A stretch of DNA of 63,888 nucleotides, the filler included, from Peribolospora baueri (Eukaryota): assembly GCA_029717555.1 (NCBI GenBank). It is 4 parts of 4 records of this genome, joined end to end, with 100 filler letters (N's around TTAATTAATTAA, not from the genome) between each part and the next. Parts side by side here need not be neighbours in the genome. Positions count along the whole stretch, not along the records: positions 21,842 to 43,402 come from JAMDHS010000157.1; positions 43,503 to 61,287 come from JAMDHS010000162.1; 2 more parts are not named here. One strand, given 5' to 3'. Both the position numbers and the translations under genes were made by a program. The notes under the pieces are model-generated. The model did no database searches. It saw only the letters and a list, made by a program, of their open reading frames with translations, and was not told where the DNA came from. This document shows positions 37,778-50,704 of this stretch, one piece after another. Positions within the stretch are counted from its first letter, which is position 1; the number at the start of each line of letters is the position of its first letter.

Positions 37778-38371
37778 TTAGTCGTCTGCGAGGGGGAACG
37801 CGGTTGAAGGAGTCAGCGCTACTTGCTGTGGTCTCCGCTCGGATGGCTCCTTCTAAGGTGCGACACTTACAGTTGCAGCAGGTGCAGCACTCCTCGATGG
37901 CGCCTGGGTTGAAGAAAAGAGGAGTGCAGTTGGGCTGTTCAGTCAGTATGATATGCATCTCTACTCCATCCGTCCATCTAACCCTCATCGACCATCGCTC
38001 GATCGCGAGAGCACGACAGGGCAAAGGAGGACACAGGGCGTTCGGACGCCAACTCGACGGCCGCCTCCAATCCTACTCACAGCAGCAGCAGATCTCCTCA
38101 ACGGCGCAGCAGCAGCAGATGCCGCCGATGCAGTCGAGAAGGAGGTTGCCGCCACCACCGCGGAGGCGGTCCTTGGCAGAGAGGGGCTTGCTGGCCGGGT
38201 CAGGGGAGGCCTGCATGTCCGCGGCCATGCGGGTGGGGGGGTTAAGGCCTTGGGGAAAGGGTGAAGGAGGGTGAGCGAAGAAAGGGAGCGACGAGGTGAT
38301 GTTGAGCAACAGTCGTACTCACTCATGCTAGCCTGGGCAGTGGGCTGGGCGGTCTGCGAGGGAGGGGCCAT
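37778..38371 (-). CDS. 85-aa microprotein with RLRGG motif and Cys-rich (CYSTM-like) tail
   Basis: Exons 38371-38323, 38248-38081, 37903-37871 and 37785-37778 splice in frame to MAPPSQTAQPTAQASMSLNPPTRMAADMQASPDPASKPLSAKDRLRGGGGNLLLDCIGGICCCCAVEEICCCCAIEECCTCCNYD*. Confidence 0.8.
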
Positions 38372-38859
38372 GGCGAAGAAATGCGTTGGAGCGCCGAGAG
38401 GAGGGATGGGTGACGGCGTAGAGTGGACAGTGATAGTGGTGGTGGTGGTGAACACGGAAACGGCGGTGGTGAGGATGGAGGAGGTTTGTGCGCCGGCGCA
38501 GATCCAAAAAGGCTCTGCCGTTGCTCGCTTCGACCTCCTCGCCCTCGCCCTAGCCCACGCCTCGTCGCTGTCACCCGGGTTTCCGCGCTCCTGCCTTCTT
38601 CGGCTCGGCGTTTCCGTCCTCGTTCCCAGTCTCCCTCTTCCTCTTCCTCTTCCTCTTCCTCTTCCTCTCCTCGCCCGCCTGCCTCTGCCAACGACTGCGC
38701 ACACCGACCGACCGACGCCTCTAACCACCTCCACCACGTTCCTTTCCACTCGACGCCGCGCACACTACCAACGCCTAACTAAGACTTTTCTAGTTTCCAG
38801 GCTGGCGTCTAATTCCGTCTCTGCCGACGCCTGCCGTAGTCACCACCGCAGCTTATGAC

Positions 38860-38927
38860 GATGGTTGCACGGGATGGTTGCACGGGATGGTTGCACGTGA
38901 TGGTTGCACGTGATGGGTCTCACGTGA
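38860..38927. repeat. 13-bp tandem repeat (GATGGTTGCACG[G/T]) x4 plus degenerate fifth copy in a divergent promoter
   Basis: Read directly; contains CACGTG at 38894, 38907 and 38921. Confidence 0.88.
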
Positions 38928-39145
38928 GGACAGCCCGGCCAGCGCGAAGCTCCTCTCGTCCAAAGCACGTCTGGTCGACCATCGCGACATCCCAACCCAT
39001 CCCCACTCCCTGCTCTGTCCAGCCCGGAGCAGTCTAGCTCAGTGTTCCCGCCCTTTGGCTGCAGGCGGCCTTTTTTCTTGCGACAAACCCAGACCGCGCC
39101 ACCGCTCCTTTCCTGCCCAGCCCGTCGGGCTCTTCATCGATCGCC

Positions 39146-40274
39146 ATGCTCTCCTCTCGCTCCCTCCTCCCTCTCCTCCTCAGCGCCCTCGTCTTCGTTT
39201 CTCTCCTCCCCCAGCGGGCACGAGGCGCCGCTCTGACGACTATAGTTCACCCCCAGGAGAGAAGCTGTTTCTACGCCTGGGTGGACAAGGTCGGCGAGAA
39301 AATCGGCTTCTACTTTGCCGTGAGTGATGCCGCACGCTGATGCACGGCGGCTGTGTGTGACCAGGCGGGCTGATCACGCCTTAATCCGCCGTCTCCTCGC
39401 TCTCCTCCAGGTACAATCTGGAGGCTCCTTTGATATCGACTACGAAGTGGCCTCCCCCTCCGACAAGGTCGTCGTGGAAGGCAAGAAGGACCGACAGGCC
39501 GACCTCATCTTCACGGGCAACGAGGTTGGAGAGTACGCGTTCTGCTTCGAGAATGACATGAGCACGTTCGCAGAGAAATTGGTGAGTCGGTTGTGGTCGG
39601 ACCACCGACCAGCCATCGTTCGCCATTTCTGATTTGCCGCCCGGCCGGTCCTCCATTCAACGTCCTTCGCAGATTGACTTTGACATCACTGTCGAGTCCG
39701 AGCCCCGCCTCGAGCTGCCTCAGTCCAACACCCCTGCTCTCTCCGAGACCACCTTCCCTCTCGAGGATAGCATATTCAAGGTCGGAAGCCACCTGACTTC
39801 TATCACTCGCACCCAACGCTACTTCCGGACGCGGGAGAACCGCAATTACAATACCGTCGTGAACACTCAGTGAGTCGGCGCCCCGAGCCACGTTCTTATG
39901 CGACGGATTTGGAGGTTTTTTGGTGTCGGTTTGAACCTGACTCAATGTGACTTTCCACCTCTCACGACTTCCGGTTCTCCCGCTTGGTGACCACCTTGCC
40001 CATCGAGGTCCCGCATCTTCTGGTACTCCGTCATCGAATCGCTCATCATGATCTCCATCAGCGTCGCCCAGGTCTTTGTCGTCAAGCACTTTTTCGTTAG
40101 TCCTTTTCACTCGCTTCACCTCCGTCACCTAGGCTCTGTCTTAGTTGGATCTGGGCACGGACGCGGATGCCGGTACGACTGCTTGGTATCGCGTCTCTTC
40201 GCTGACCATGTCTCATCCTGTTCGCCCCGCGCCGAATTCAGAATACCGGCTCGACAAAGCGATACCGCGTGTGA
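39146..40274 (+). CDS. p24/emp24/gp25L family cargo receptor (Erp2/3/4-like)
   Basis: Signal peptide, ERSCFYA...KIGFYFA|VQSGGSFDIDY...GEYAFCFENDMSTFAEKL...QRYFRTRENRN...RIFWYS TM...KHFF|NTGSTKRYRV*. Confidence 0.92.
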
Positions 40275-40978
40275 GCGGGCGGAGGTCGCAGAGTGGTCGC
40301 GTGCGTCTGCAGTCGGCGAGCTGGCCGGTGCGACGGACGAAGACGGGGCGGGCGAGGCTCGCGCCCGTATGTACCTATGCTCCCGATCGATGTCAAGTAG
40401 TCTTGAATGGCGACCAGTGTGTCTGGAAGTGGACGTACAGACGTTGGAGGCAAGGGCCATGCGTGCGTGTCTTAGTCCTAAATTGCGGTTGCGGTTGAGG
40501 AAGTAGTAGAGGGGGAGATGGGCCCGCTGAGCACCGGGACCCTTGCCGCAGCCGGTGCCCGCCTCCGCCATCGAGATGCCGGTTATTGGGCCGGAATCGT
40601 CTCCGGACTCGTATCTCGCCACGGACGTCCATCATCCTACGTCCCATCGTTACTCTCCACCCTTTCCCTTGCTTGCAATTGTCTTCGTCGGCTCTTTGCT
40701 CATTCGCCCTCGCTCGCCCCCCCCCTCTCCTTTCCCCCTCGGACTCGCGGTATCGCGGTACGACCCGGTGCGCCGCAGGATCGAGCGCACTTCGACCCCA
40801 TCTCTAAGCACGATCGATTGAGGCCCAGCCAGCCAGCCGCGGTCGTCCGTCGAGCCTTTTACTCGGTCCATTGGAAATTAATCTGCAGAGGCGGCACAGT
40901 AAGGCTCGATAGGGAAAGAAGTGAGGGAGACGGATCAGCGCAGGACAAACGGGGCGGTCAAATTGCCAGGAACACACG

Positions 40979-42476
<1,498 letters not shown>

Positions 42477-43031
42477 CCGTGCGCGCACTACCAATCGTCG
42501 CCGCCCGCCCCGTTCCATCCATCTTCGGCCGCCATGCTCGTTTGTCTTCTTTCGTCATCCTTTTCCCTATCCTATCTTGGCTTCCCTAAATCTTTCTCCG
42601 TTTCTCCCTCTATTTTCGTCAAAGTTCGATACCCTTCGTTTGTCTCCCCTCCCTCCCTCACTCCCTCGTCAATCAGTTCTATATTTTTTCTCATCCTCGT
42701 TGCGCCATTGACATCTTGTACAACAACTCATTCCTTCTTCGCACGATCGTAGTTCGACATACTAGTTCGTTCCCCTCACGCTCTCCACTACTACTACCTC
42801 GAACACTTGGCGAAACCTTGGTCGCGCCGCGCATTCGTGACTTGCTTCGTGGGACAGAGAAAAAAGTCTTTCCTTCGCAAAAAGAAAGAGAGATCCGACA
42901 GGTCGTGCTACACTCGTTCCCATCCATGTTCTCATTCATACACTCGTTCGTTCGTTCGTTTCGTGCAGGTGGTGCCCCCCCCGCACGCGCTGGCTGGACG
43001 ACGACGGCCGAAGACGGACGGAGGACGACGA

Positions 43032-43402
43032 TCAGGAGCGGTGGGCCTTGACGCGCACGCGGTAGCCACCGCCTCGGAGGGGTAGGGTAAGCGAGTCTTC
43101 GTAGTGCGGCGGCTCCTGTCCGGGGACGACGACGATGTCAAAGTGGGCCAGCAGGGCGGCCATGACGGCCAGGCCTTCGTACGTGGCCAACGTCTGGCCG
43201 AGACAGATGCGCGGGCCTGCATTGAAGAAGTGGGCCTTCCAAGGACCAAAGTTGCGCAGCTTGCCCGCTTCGTCAATCCACCGCGACGGCTTGAACTCGA
43301 GGCAGTCATCACCCCACACCTCTGGCATGCGCCCCATCACCCAATCAGACCAGCCGACCATCTCGCCTGCCTTGACGCGTACGGGCGGCAGCGTGGGGTG
43401 GT
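43032..43402 (-). CDS. Cytochrome P450 C-terminal fragment (CYP52-clan-like), truncated at contig end
   Basis: WGDDCLEFKPSRW (PERF region), FNAGPRICLG heme motif, SLTLP. Confidence 0.88.
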
Positions 43403-43502
43403 NNNNNNNNNNNNNNNNNNNNNNNNNNNNNNNNNNNNNNNNNNNNTTAATTAATTAANNNNNNNNNNNNNNNNNNNNNNNNNNNNNNNNNNNNNNNNNN
43501 NN
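43403..43502. other. Artificial contig linker
   Basis: N44-TTAATTAATTAA-N44. Confidence 0.98.
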
Positions 43503-43503
43503 C

Positions 43504-43695
43504 GCCAACAACGGCAACAATTGTGGTCGTCGTCGTCGTCGCGGCGCGGGCTACGCCTGCGAAGTCGTCGTGGAGAACTTTTACGGCGGTAGCGGTCCCA
43601 GCAACCAGAACGGCGGCGGCGGTGGCGGTAACAACAACGGCGGTGGTGGAGGGGGCGGAAACGGCAAGGGCGGCAAGCGAAGTATCTACCACTAA
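43504..43695 (+). CDS. 3' end of a Gly/Asn-rich protein, 5' part missing
   Basis: Open frame ANNGNNCGRRRRRGAGYACEVVVENFYGGSGPSNQNGGGGGGNNNGGGGGGGNGKGGKRSIYH* with biased GGC/AAC codons. Confidence 0.55.
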   Translation, partial: ANNGNNCGRRRRRGAGYACEVVVENFYGGSGPSNQNGGGGGGNNNGGGGGGGNGKGGKRSIYH

Positions 43696-44574
43696 TCGAG
43701 CTGAGACGGGACGAACGAGGGGGAGGCCCTTTTCTCTTCTGTCCTGTCGGTCCCCGCTCGGGCGTCTGTTCGCTTTCTTTCTTTGTTACGTCACCCCTCC
43801 TGTACGCTAGATCGCTCGCTAATGACAACGGGTTTCGACCAACGGCGGGCGCTTCGAGCCCTTCATGGTGACACGGACGGACGTCGCGTCGCGTCGCGTC
43901 GCAGAACGACGACGACGTACGTACGTGTCTGTCGTGATGAAGGCCCTGTATTTATGTTAGTATGTGCATACGCCGATGGGATGCACTGCTGCTGGGCGCA
44001 GAGAGAGACAGGGCATGCCCACCTGCGGGCGTGCCCACCAAGCCTTCCTTTTTCTTTTCTTTTCTTTTCTTTTCTCCTTGGACGCCGAGGCCGAGGCGAA
44101 TGATGGATACGAACGCAGGCCGTTTGACAGCCGTCTCCGCGGTACCATGCGATGAGGGAGGGACGACAGGGACGAAGAAGACGAAGAAGACGAATCATGG
44201 ATGGATGGATGAGCCTGCACCCGACCGGACCCGACCGGACCTTGCACGGGCGCATCACAGCACAGTATAGCACGACTGACTGACGACGGACGGACTGACT
44301 GACTGACCGACTGACTTATGACCATCCCTCCCTCCGTCGTCGTACGGCTCGGGAGGACAAATCCAGCGACCGCCAACTCGCAAGAGATGCATGTCCATTA
44401 AAAAAATGACTACTACTCGAGTCGAGGCAGCTCGAGCGGAGCGGAGCGGACTAAAAAAGCTAAGAATACGTCGAGAGAGCGCGACTCCGAGAAACCGTAG
44501 AAATGATATTAGATATGCCGCCTCCGTGCATGACCCGCCGTCGACGACGACGACGACGACGAGGCCGCCGTCCG

Positions 44575-47361
44575 TCAGGCGCGCGCCTCTACGACCGTCT
44601 CGCCGAGCCGAGAGAGGGCGATGTGCGTAGGACGGCCGTCGAGGGAGAAGCGGGTGGGCCGGACGTTGTCAAGCGACGACAAGCGCGGCGTCCTGCCGTC
44701 GAGAGACAGGCGCGGTCGGCCGTCGAAGGAGCGTCGGTCGGCGACGGCGACGGTCAGCGCCGCTCCGTCCGACGCTGGCACGACGATGAGTGCCTTGGGC
44801 TTTGCGGAGACGGTGTAGGCCAGACGGTTGGTTACGAGGTGGTTCAACTGCGCCCAGATCATCGGGGCGACGCCGTACGCGCTTTGGGAGGCGAAGAAGA
44901 AGAAGAAGAAGTGTCAATATTCAGTTCAGAAGACCGACGAGGAACCCCGCCCACTCACAGTCCGGCGGGGATGGCAAGAAAGTCCAAGGCGGCGATAGGC
45001 CATTTGCGCTTGCATGTCCTGGCGGGACGGATGCCGAGGTAGCGAGCGGGCACTTCAGAAGACGCGACGGCCACCTCTGGGTGTTGCCGACGGGCCGCGC
45101 GCTCCTTGTCCTTCCACTCTGCGAGGGCCTTTTGCGAGTGGCGCCAGCGCTCCGTCGCAGCGGCGTGGTGGTATAAATCGTGCAAGACGCAGGCGAAGAC
45201 GGTGGCGACGATACCAACAAAGCCGAGGACGCGAGCAAAGTAGAGGCCGCACACGACCAGGTCTGGGACGAGCCAGATTGGCTGGCGGTCGAAGGGCAGG
45301 TCCGACGGTAGGTTGACGGTCGCCATCATGGGGCTCGACCGGAGCGCCGTCATGGCCATTTGCCACGAGGCTTGGCGATGGAAGACGTCGGCGATGGCCA
45401 GCGAGCCATCGCGGTAGACGACGGTGGGGTAGATGGTGAGGATGCTGCTGAGGATGAAGACGTGGGCGACCATCTGGTGCGCCTCGTAGACGCGGGTAAT
45501 GAGCACGAGGAAAGGCCACCACCGCTGGCGGTCGTCGGAGACGACGTCGTCGTTGGTCCTGCTGTAGTCGTCGGCGTCAACGACTTTGGCGTCGCCGGAG
45601 CGTCCCACGCCTTCGACCTTGTCGGCCGCGGGCTCGGAGATGGGCGAGGGGCGACCGACAAGCGTAGCGGAGTCGTTGTCGCCTTCAGAATCAGCTTCGC
45701 CGGAATCGTCGTCGAGGACGAACGCGGCGACCTCCTCTCCGTCCTTGACGCACACCACGGGGAGCAGGTCGCCGGTGTCGACGGAGAGACCGCGTTCAAG
45801 GTCGTCTTCCTCGAGACACGATTCCGGTCCATCTCCGCCGACGGCGGCGTAGCCGGCGCCTGGCTTGGAGGGCCCGAAGGAACCGGTCAAGATGCGGTAC
45901 CAGACGTAGCCGGAGTCGAGGCTGCCCCACATATGCCGGACCGCCTGGGTCCAACGGGCCCTGCAGTCGCTTAGATAGTTACCGAGCAAGCCGTAGGCGG
46001 GCGTGCCGACGACGTTGCATTGCGAAGCCGGCGAGTAGATGGTCTCGACATTGAGCTGAAGAGGGGTAGAGCGGCGGCGGCGGTGAGCGTGCATGCTTGC
46101 CCTCCTGCGAACGTCGGTCGGCCGGACGGAGTACTCACGTTACCCTTTGTCTCGAAAAGAGCCTTGCAGAAAAAGTGCATGTCCTCGCCGATGGCCTCCG
46201 GGCCGGTATCCCAAAAGTCGCAGTGCTTGGCCAAGTCGAGGCTGACGGAGTAGGCGCTCGTCGGCACCTTGATCGTCGAGCCGGGGTAGATGGTGCCGAT
46301 GCCGGCGCAGGCCCAAAAGATGTCGGCGACGCGGACGAAGACGGGTACGTCGGGCGAGTTGCGGTCGAAGAGGATGGGGGGTACGAACATTGTCCTTCGT
46401 CGTTTGGAGGGCGGGGCGAGGGAGTAGGAGACGGAGGCGGCGAGGAAGTAGTCGGCGGCGAAACAGGTGTCGGCGTCCATGACGGTGATGATCTGACGGA
46501 AGTGGGCCGTCGACGGTGTGCGCGACGCCATGTGGCGGGCGGCCCAAGCGATGTTGGAGCTGAGGGGGAAGGAACGGGTGGAAAGGAAAAGAGGACGGAT
46601 GAGGCTCCGCTGAGCTGAGCTGAGCCGTGCCGTGCCGTGCCGTGCCTCCGGCCCGGGACTCACGACTTGCCAGCGCTCTCGCCAACGATGTCACCAGGGT
46701 GAACAGAAAAATCAACGTCGAGGAAAGCGTTTTGCTTTCGATAGCGCTTGATGATGGCCTCTGCTTTGGCCGCCGAGCCGTGTTCTCTCTCTTCCATGCC
46801 GAGGCAGACGCGGTAGGTGCGGGCGGCGAGGGGGTGGGAGGCGAGGACGTCAAGGGTCTGTTGGGAGAAGAAGAAGAAGAAGAAGAAGAAAAAAATCAGT
46901 CGGCATTCGGGAGCACCGTCGCTGTAGCAAGGACTCACCTCTCTCAGCGTGTGGCTCTCCTCCTTGTAAGCAGGGACGAGGATGATATGCTCGACTCGGT
47001 GTAGGTCAAGCACATGAGCGGCCTTGCGCTGGCGTTGAAGGTCTTCCTTGCGCTGACTCCAATAGAGCCTCCAATCCCGAGCAGCATGGGCACGTACGCC
47101 GTTCCAGCAAGCCCACATACCGTAAGCGGTGCGAACCTGACAGCAAGCAAAGGCGATGTGGACGCCGACGATGATGAGGAAGACCAGTCGTGGCTCGAAG
47201 ACGGGTCCGAGGGCGGCGAGGAAGAGGCAGCTGAGGTGGGTCATGAAGGTGGCGCGCTGGAGGAGCCAGGCGAGCCAGCGGGTGGAGTAGGTGGATGCGC
47301 CGGAGGGCCGCATGGGACGACGGAGGGCCCAACCGAGCCGCATCGTCTGTCCGAGTCGCAT
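44575..47361 (-). CDS. Multi-TM family 2 glycosyltransferase
   Basis: Five exons with ILVPAYKE, HPGDIVGESAGKSSNIAWA, ITVMDAD, IGEDMH and RWTQAVRHMWG; N- and C-terminal TM segments. Start codon uncertain. Confidence 0.85.
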
Positions 47362-48164
47362 AGTCGTCGTGGTGGCGCGGTGGTGGTCGTCGCGGTGCCG
47401 TCGTCGTCTCTGTCTTTATCTTTGTGTCGGTGTCGGTCTTCGTCTTCGTCTTCGTCTGGTCGTGGTTCGTGGGGAGAAAAAAGTGGGTGGGAGGTTGAAG
47501 GCGGCGGCGGAGCGGGGAGTCGTAGCGTAGCGAGCGGTGTGTCTATGTTGCGGGGGAGATGTATGTATGTCTGTCCCTGTCGAGGGACGGGAAAGGAGGG
47601 TGGTGGTAGGGAGAGGGCTGGTGTTGGTCCGAGGCGAGGCGACGTTGGAAATGCGAAATGCCAACCAGTGGCCACCGGAGAGGGGAGGTGGTGGATATGA
47701 CCGAGCAAGCGGTTGCGGGGCGGAGGCGAGAGGGAAGGAGAGAGGAGGAGGAGGAGGAGGGGGGTGCTGGTGAGAAGTAGGAGTAGGAAGAAGACGGCGG
47801 AGGAGGAGGCCTAGGCCTAGTTACTAGTTACTAGACACGGTCTGGTTTACTCGTCTACTAGCGCCTGCGGGGCGGAGGAAGGGAAGAGGTGACTAAATGT
47901 GAGCGAGGAAGAGGAAACGTGCGTGGGTGTGTCTGTGTTGTGTTGTATATTTCTGTGCGAATTTCCGTCGTCCGTCTGATCCGATCGGATCCTTTTTGCC
48001 CTTCCTTCGTTCGTCGTATTTCTGTCCCTGTCCCGTCAGGTCTCGGCCTCCAGCGAGGGAGCGAGGCGAGGCCCGCAATGGCGGGGAAGGAAGAAGGAAG
48101 GAAGAAGAAATAGGAAAGCTACGAAAGAACCACCGACGGGCGTCAATGCTTCTCTGTGTGAGTG

Positions 48165-48545
48165 CGACCGGCGCAATATCCCCGGCAGCGAGACGTACGA
48201 CGGTGAGATGGGGAGCCCTTTTTCTGTCAAAGTCCCTGCACTTCCCACTGACTCCCAGAGAAATGATGAGTGTCGCGACTTCTTCGGAGAGGCCGGGATC
48301 CCCCTGGATGGCCACGATGGCTCCGGAGGGGATGGAGGAGGCGAAAGTACTGGTAAGGAAGACGAATGCCGAGGTAAAGATGCGCAGAGGGTGCTTTCAC
48401 GAATCAATCAGCACTGGGCGTTTCAACTTCAACATACTTCAAAGGCAGTCGAGCGGGCGAAATATCGACACGAAAAAGGCAAGCAGCCCAGTCTCCAAAG
48501 CGACACCTGAAGTGCTCCCCCTCCTCGAACTGTCTTACCTCAGCC
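48165..48545 (-). pseudogene. Decayed fragment of a DHA1-type MFS transporter gene
   Basis: Reads FTSAFVFLTSTFASSIPSGAIVAIQGDPGLSEEVATLIISL, then frameshifted LAA/GYCAG. This resembles TM1-TM2 of DHA1 (TFASSxPSG...EEVATLxISLFVAGYCxG). Flanking splice sites are mutated. Confidence 0.7.
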
Positions 48546-50704
48546 TGGCAGGGCTTGCGGGGGCAGCGAGGTGATGCGCCGGGCGGCGGTGGTGCGACAA
48601 TGACGGCGGCGGCGGCGGTTTCTCATTGGCGGGCGGTGGATGTGTCGGGCAAGGCAAGGCGAGCGACACGGGGCCGGGGCGTCTGCCTCGCGCTGCCCTG
48701 GAGGATACGAATTTGGAAGCGACCTCGCGCATGAGCGGGAAGGGAAGGAAAGGGAAGTAAGCAAGCAAGCAAAAAAAGAAAACCAAACAAAGACAATGAT
48801 AATAATGATGATGATACCGATAATAATACCGATAATGACGCGCTGCAATGCGCCGCTGCCCTGACTTTGACTTGGCTCGCCCGCCGCTGCTATTCCTATC
48901 CTATCCTCCCCGCCCACGTGCGCCGCCTCCCCACGCGCACTCGCACAACCGCCGCCCATTCGTCGCCTCAACAACGTGCGGCCAACACCGCCGTGCGAGC
49001 CAGTCACCGCCGAGCACAGGCGGAGGTGAAAGCACCACCGCCCGCTCGAATTCCACCAGCGGATGAACCCACCGTCGTCGCAGGAATCGATCGATCGATC
49101 GATCGATCGACTGACCGACCGGTGGGCCGGCCGCTGCTGCCAAATTTAAGACGGGCGTCGGATGGTCGGACGAATGGACAGAAGAACGGACGGACGAACG
49201 GACGATGAGGACGGACGGACGGATAGACAGATAGACGAACGACGGCCACCGTCCGTCCGTCCGGTCTGCTCCGTCGCGACCGGCACGCCCTTCATGTCCT
49301 CCGTCCCCCCTTCTGACGTCGACCGACCGACCGACGGCACGGGACAGGGGGGTCGTCGTCGTCGTCGACCCGGGTCCTCGGGAGGCCTCCCTCCATATAT
49401 ACCGGCCGCCCTCCCCGCCCCACCCCACCCCACCCGCTGCGCTTTTCTTTCGGACGCGCACTCCCGGCGCAGCGCTCGCTCTCTCGATACGTAACGTCAC
49501 GTCGCCTCGCCTCGCCGGCGGGTGCGACCAGCCGTCGGTCAACCGTCTCCGTCCGAGCGAGTCGCGAGAGAGCGGGCGGGCGGGGCGGGGCAAGACAGGG
49601 CAGGGCAGGGCAAGGCAAGGCAAGGCGGATCGAATCGAATCTCGAGTCGACTCGGGCCAGCGCTGGCCTTGGCATTTCCCCGCACGTGAGCCAGCCAGCT
49701 CGCCCTTCGCTCGCCTTTCTACATGTACTGTATGTATAGACGCCCGCCGCTCACAACGTCCCAACCGTGCCTCTGACCGAGTGAGGGATGGATACAAGGT
49801 GTGTCGCGTCGAGTCGCGTCGCATCGTGTAGCCCAAGCCGTCCCTCCGCCCCTTCGGACGTCGACCCCGTACCGTTCGTTGTCAGCGCACCTCCCTTCCT
49901 CGCAAACGTGACCGACGGACCGACCCGGAGAGGGGTGTGCGGAACCGTAGACGACGGCGAGCGCCAAGAGGGAGCGAGGGAATAGACGGGACAGATGGAC
50001 GGACGGACGGAAAGACGGGCAAATGGACAGACAACAGACAGACAACGCAGCCGCCGGCCGTGGGCTCCGTCGGCCTTGGACTTGCATTGCATCCCATTCT
50101 CTCCGTTATCACCTGCCTCCATCATCTCGCTAACCCGGCAGACAGCCGTTGCTTTACTCTATTTTACCATCCTCCACACTACACCTTCGCCCGCTCCCCT
50201 CTCCGCCGCACCACCTGACCTGATGACCCTCCAGCGCGCGCAACCGCACTGCACCGCACGGAGTCTGGCTGGCTGGCTGGCTGGCTCCTCTCCGCTCCCT
50301 CGATCGGCCCGGCCGATGGACCGAAGGGAGCTAGCTATCTTACGGACTAGGCCGTGATCGACGTTGTGCAACCAAACGAACGTGCTTGACAGCCGTTGTT
50401 GTCGGCCGCTCCTCTTGCCTTTAGCATGGGTGGAGTGGAGTGGAATAGAGTCGACTCGCACTCGAGTCGAGTGGTTCGTGGGACGCCCCAAGAGCTCCTC
50501 CGCCGACGACCTCCCATCCTCGTCCTCGTCCTTTTCGCCAGCCCCTCCCTTTCCTCTCCATCACCCTGCCCGCGCATAAAGACCCTGCCGACTCGTCGAG
50601 CCGTACGACCGACAGCCTCGTCTCTCCTCACTCCTCCGACCCTCCTTCCCGCGACGCCCCCTAACGACCTTCTCTCGCTCACGCTCACCCTCACCCTCAC
50701 GATC

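Noticed and set aside
43447..43692. Minus-strand Ala/Val/Thr-rich ORF from the track
   Set aside because: No ATG, and it is the antisense of the more plausible Gly/Asn-rich + frame.
44457..44469. AAGCTAAGAATAC matching the LTR core
   Set aside because: Only 13 bp with no flanking similarity.
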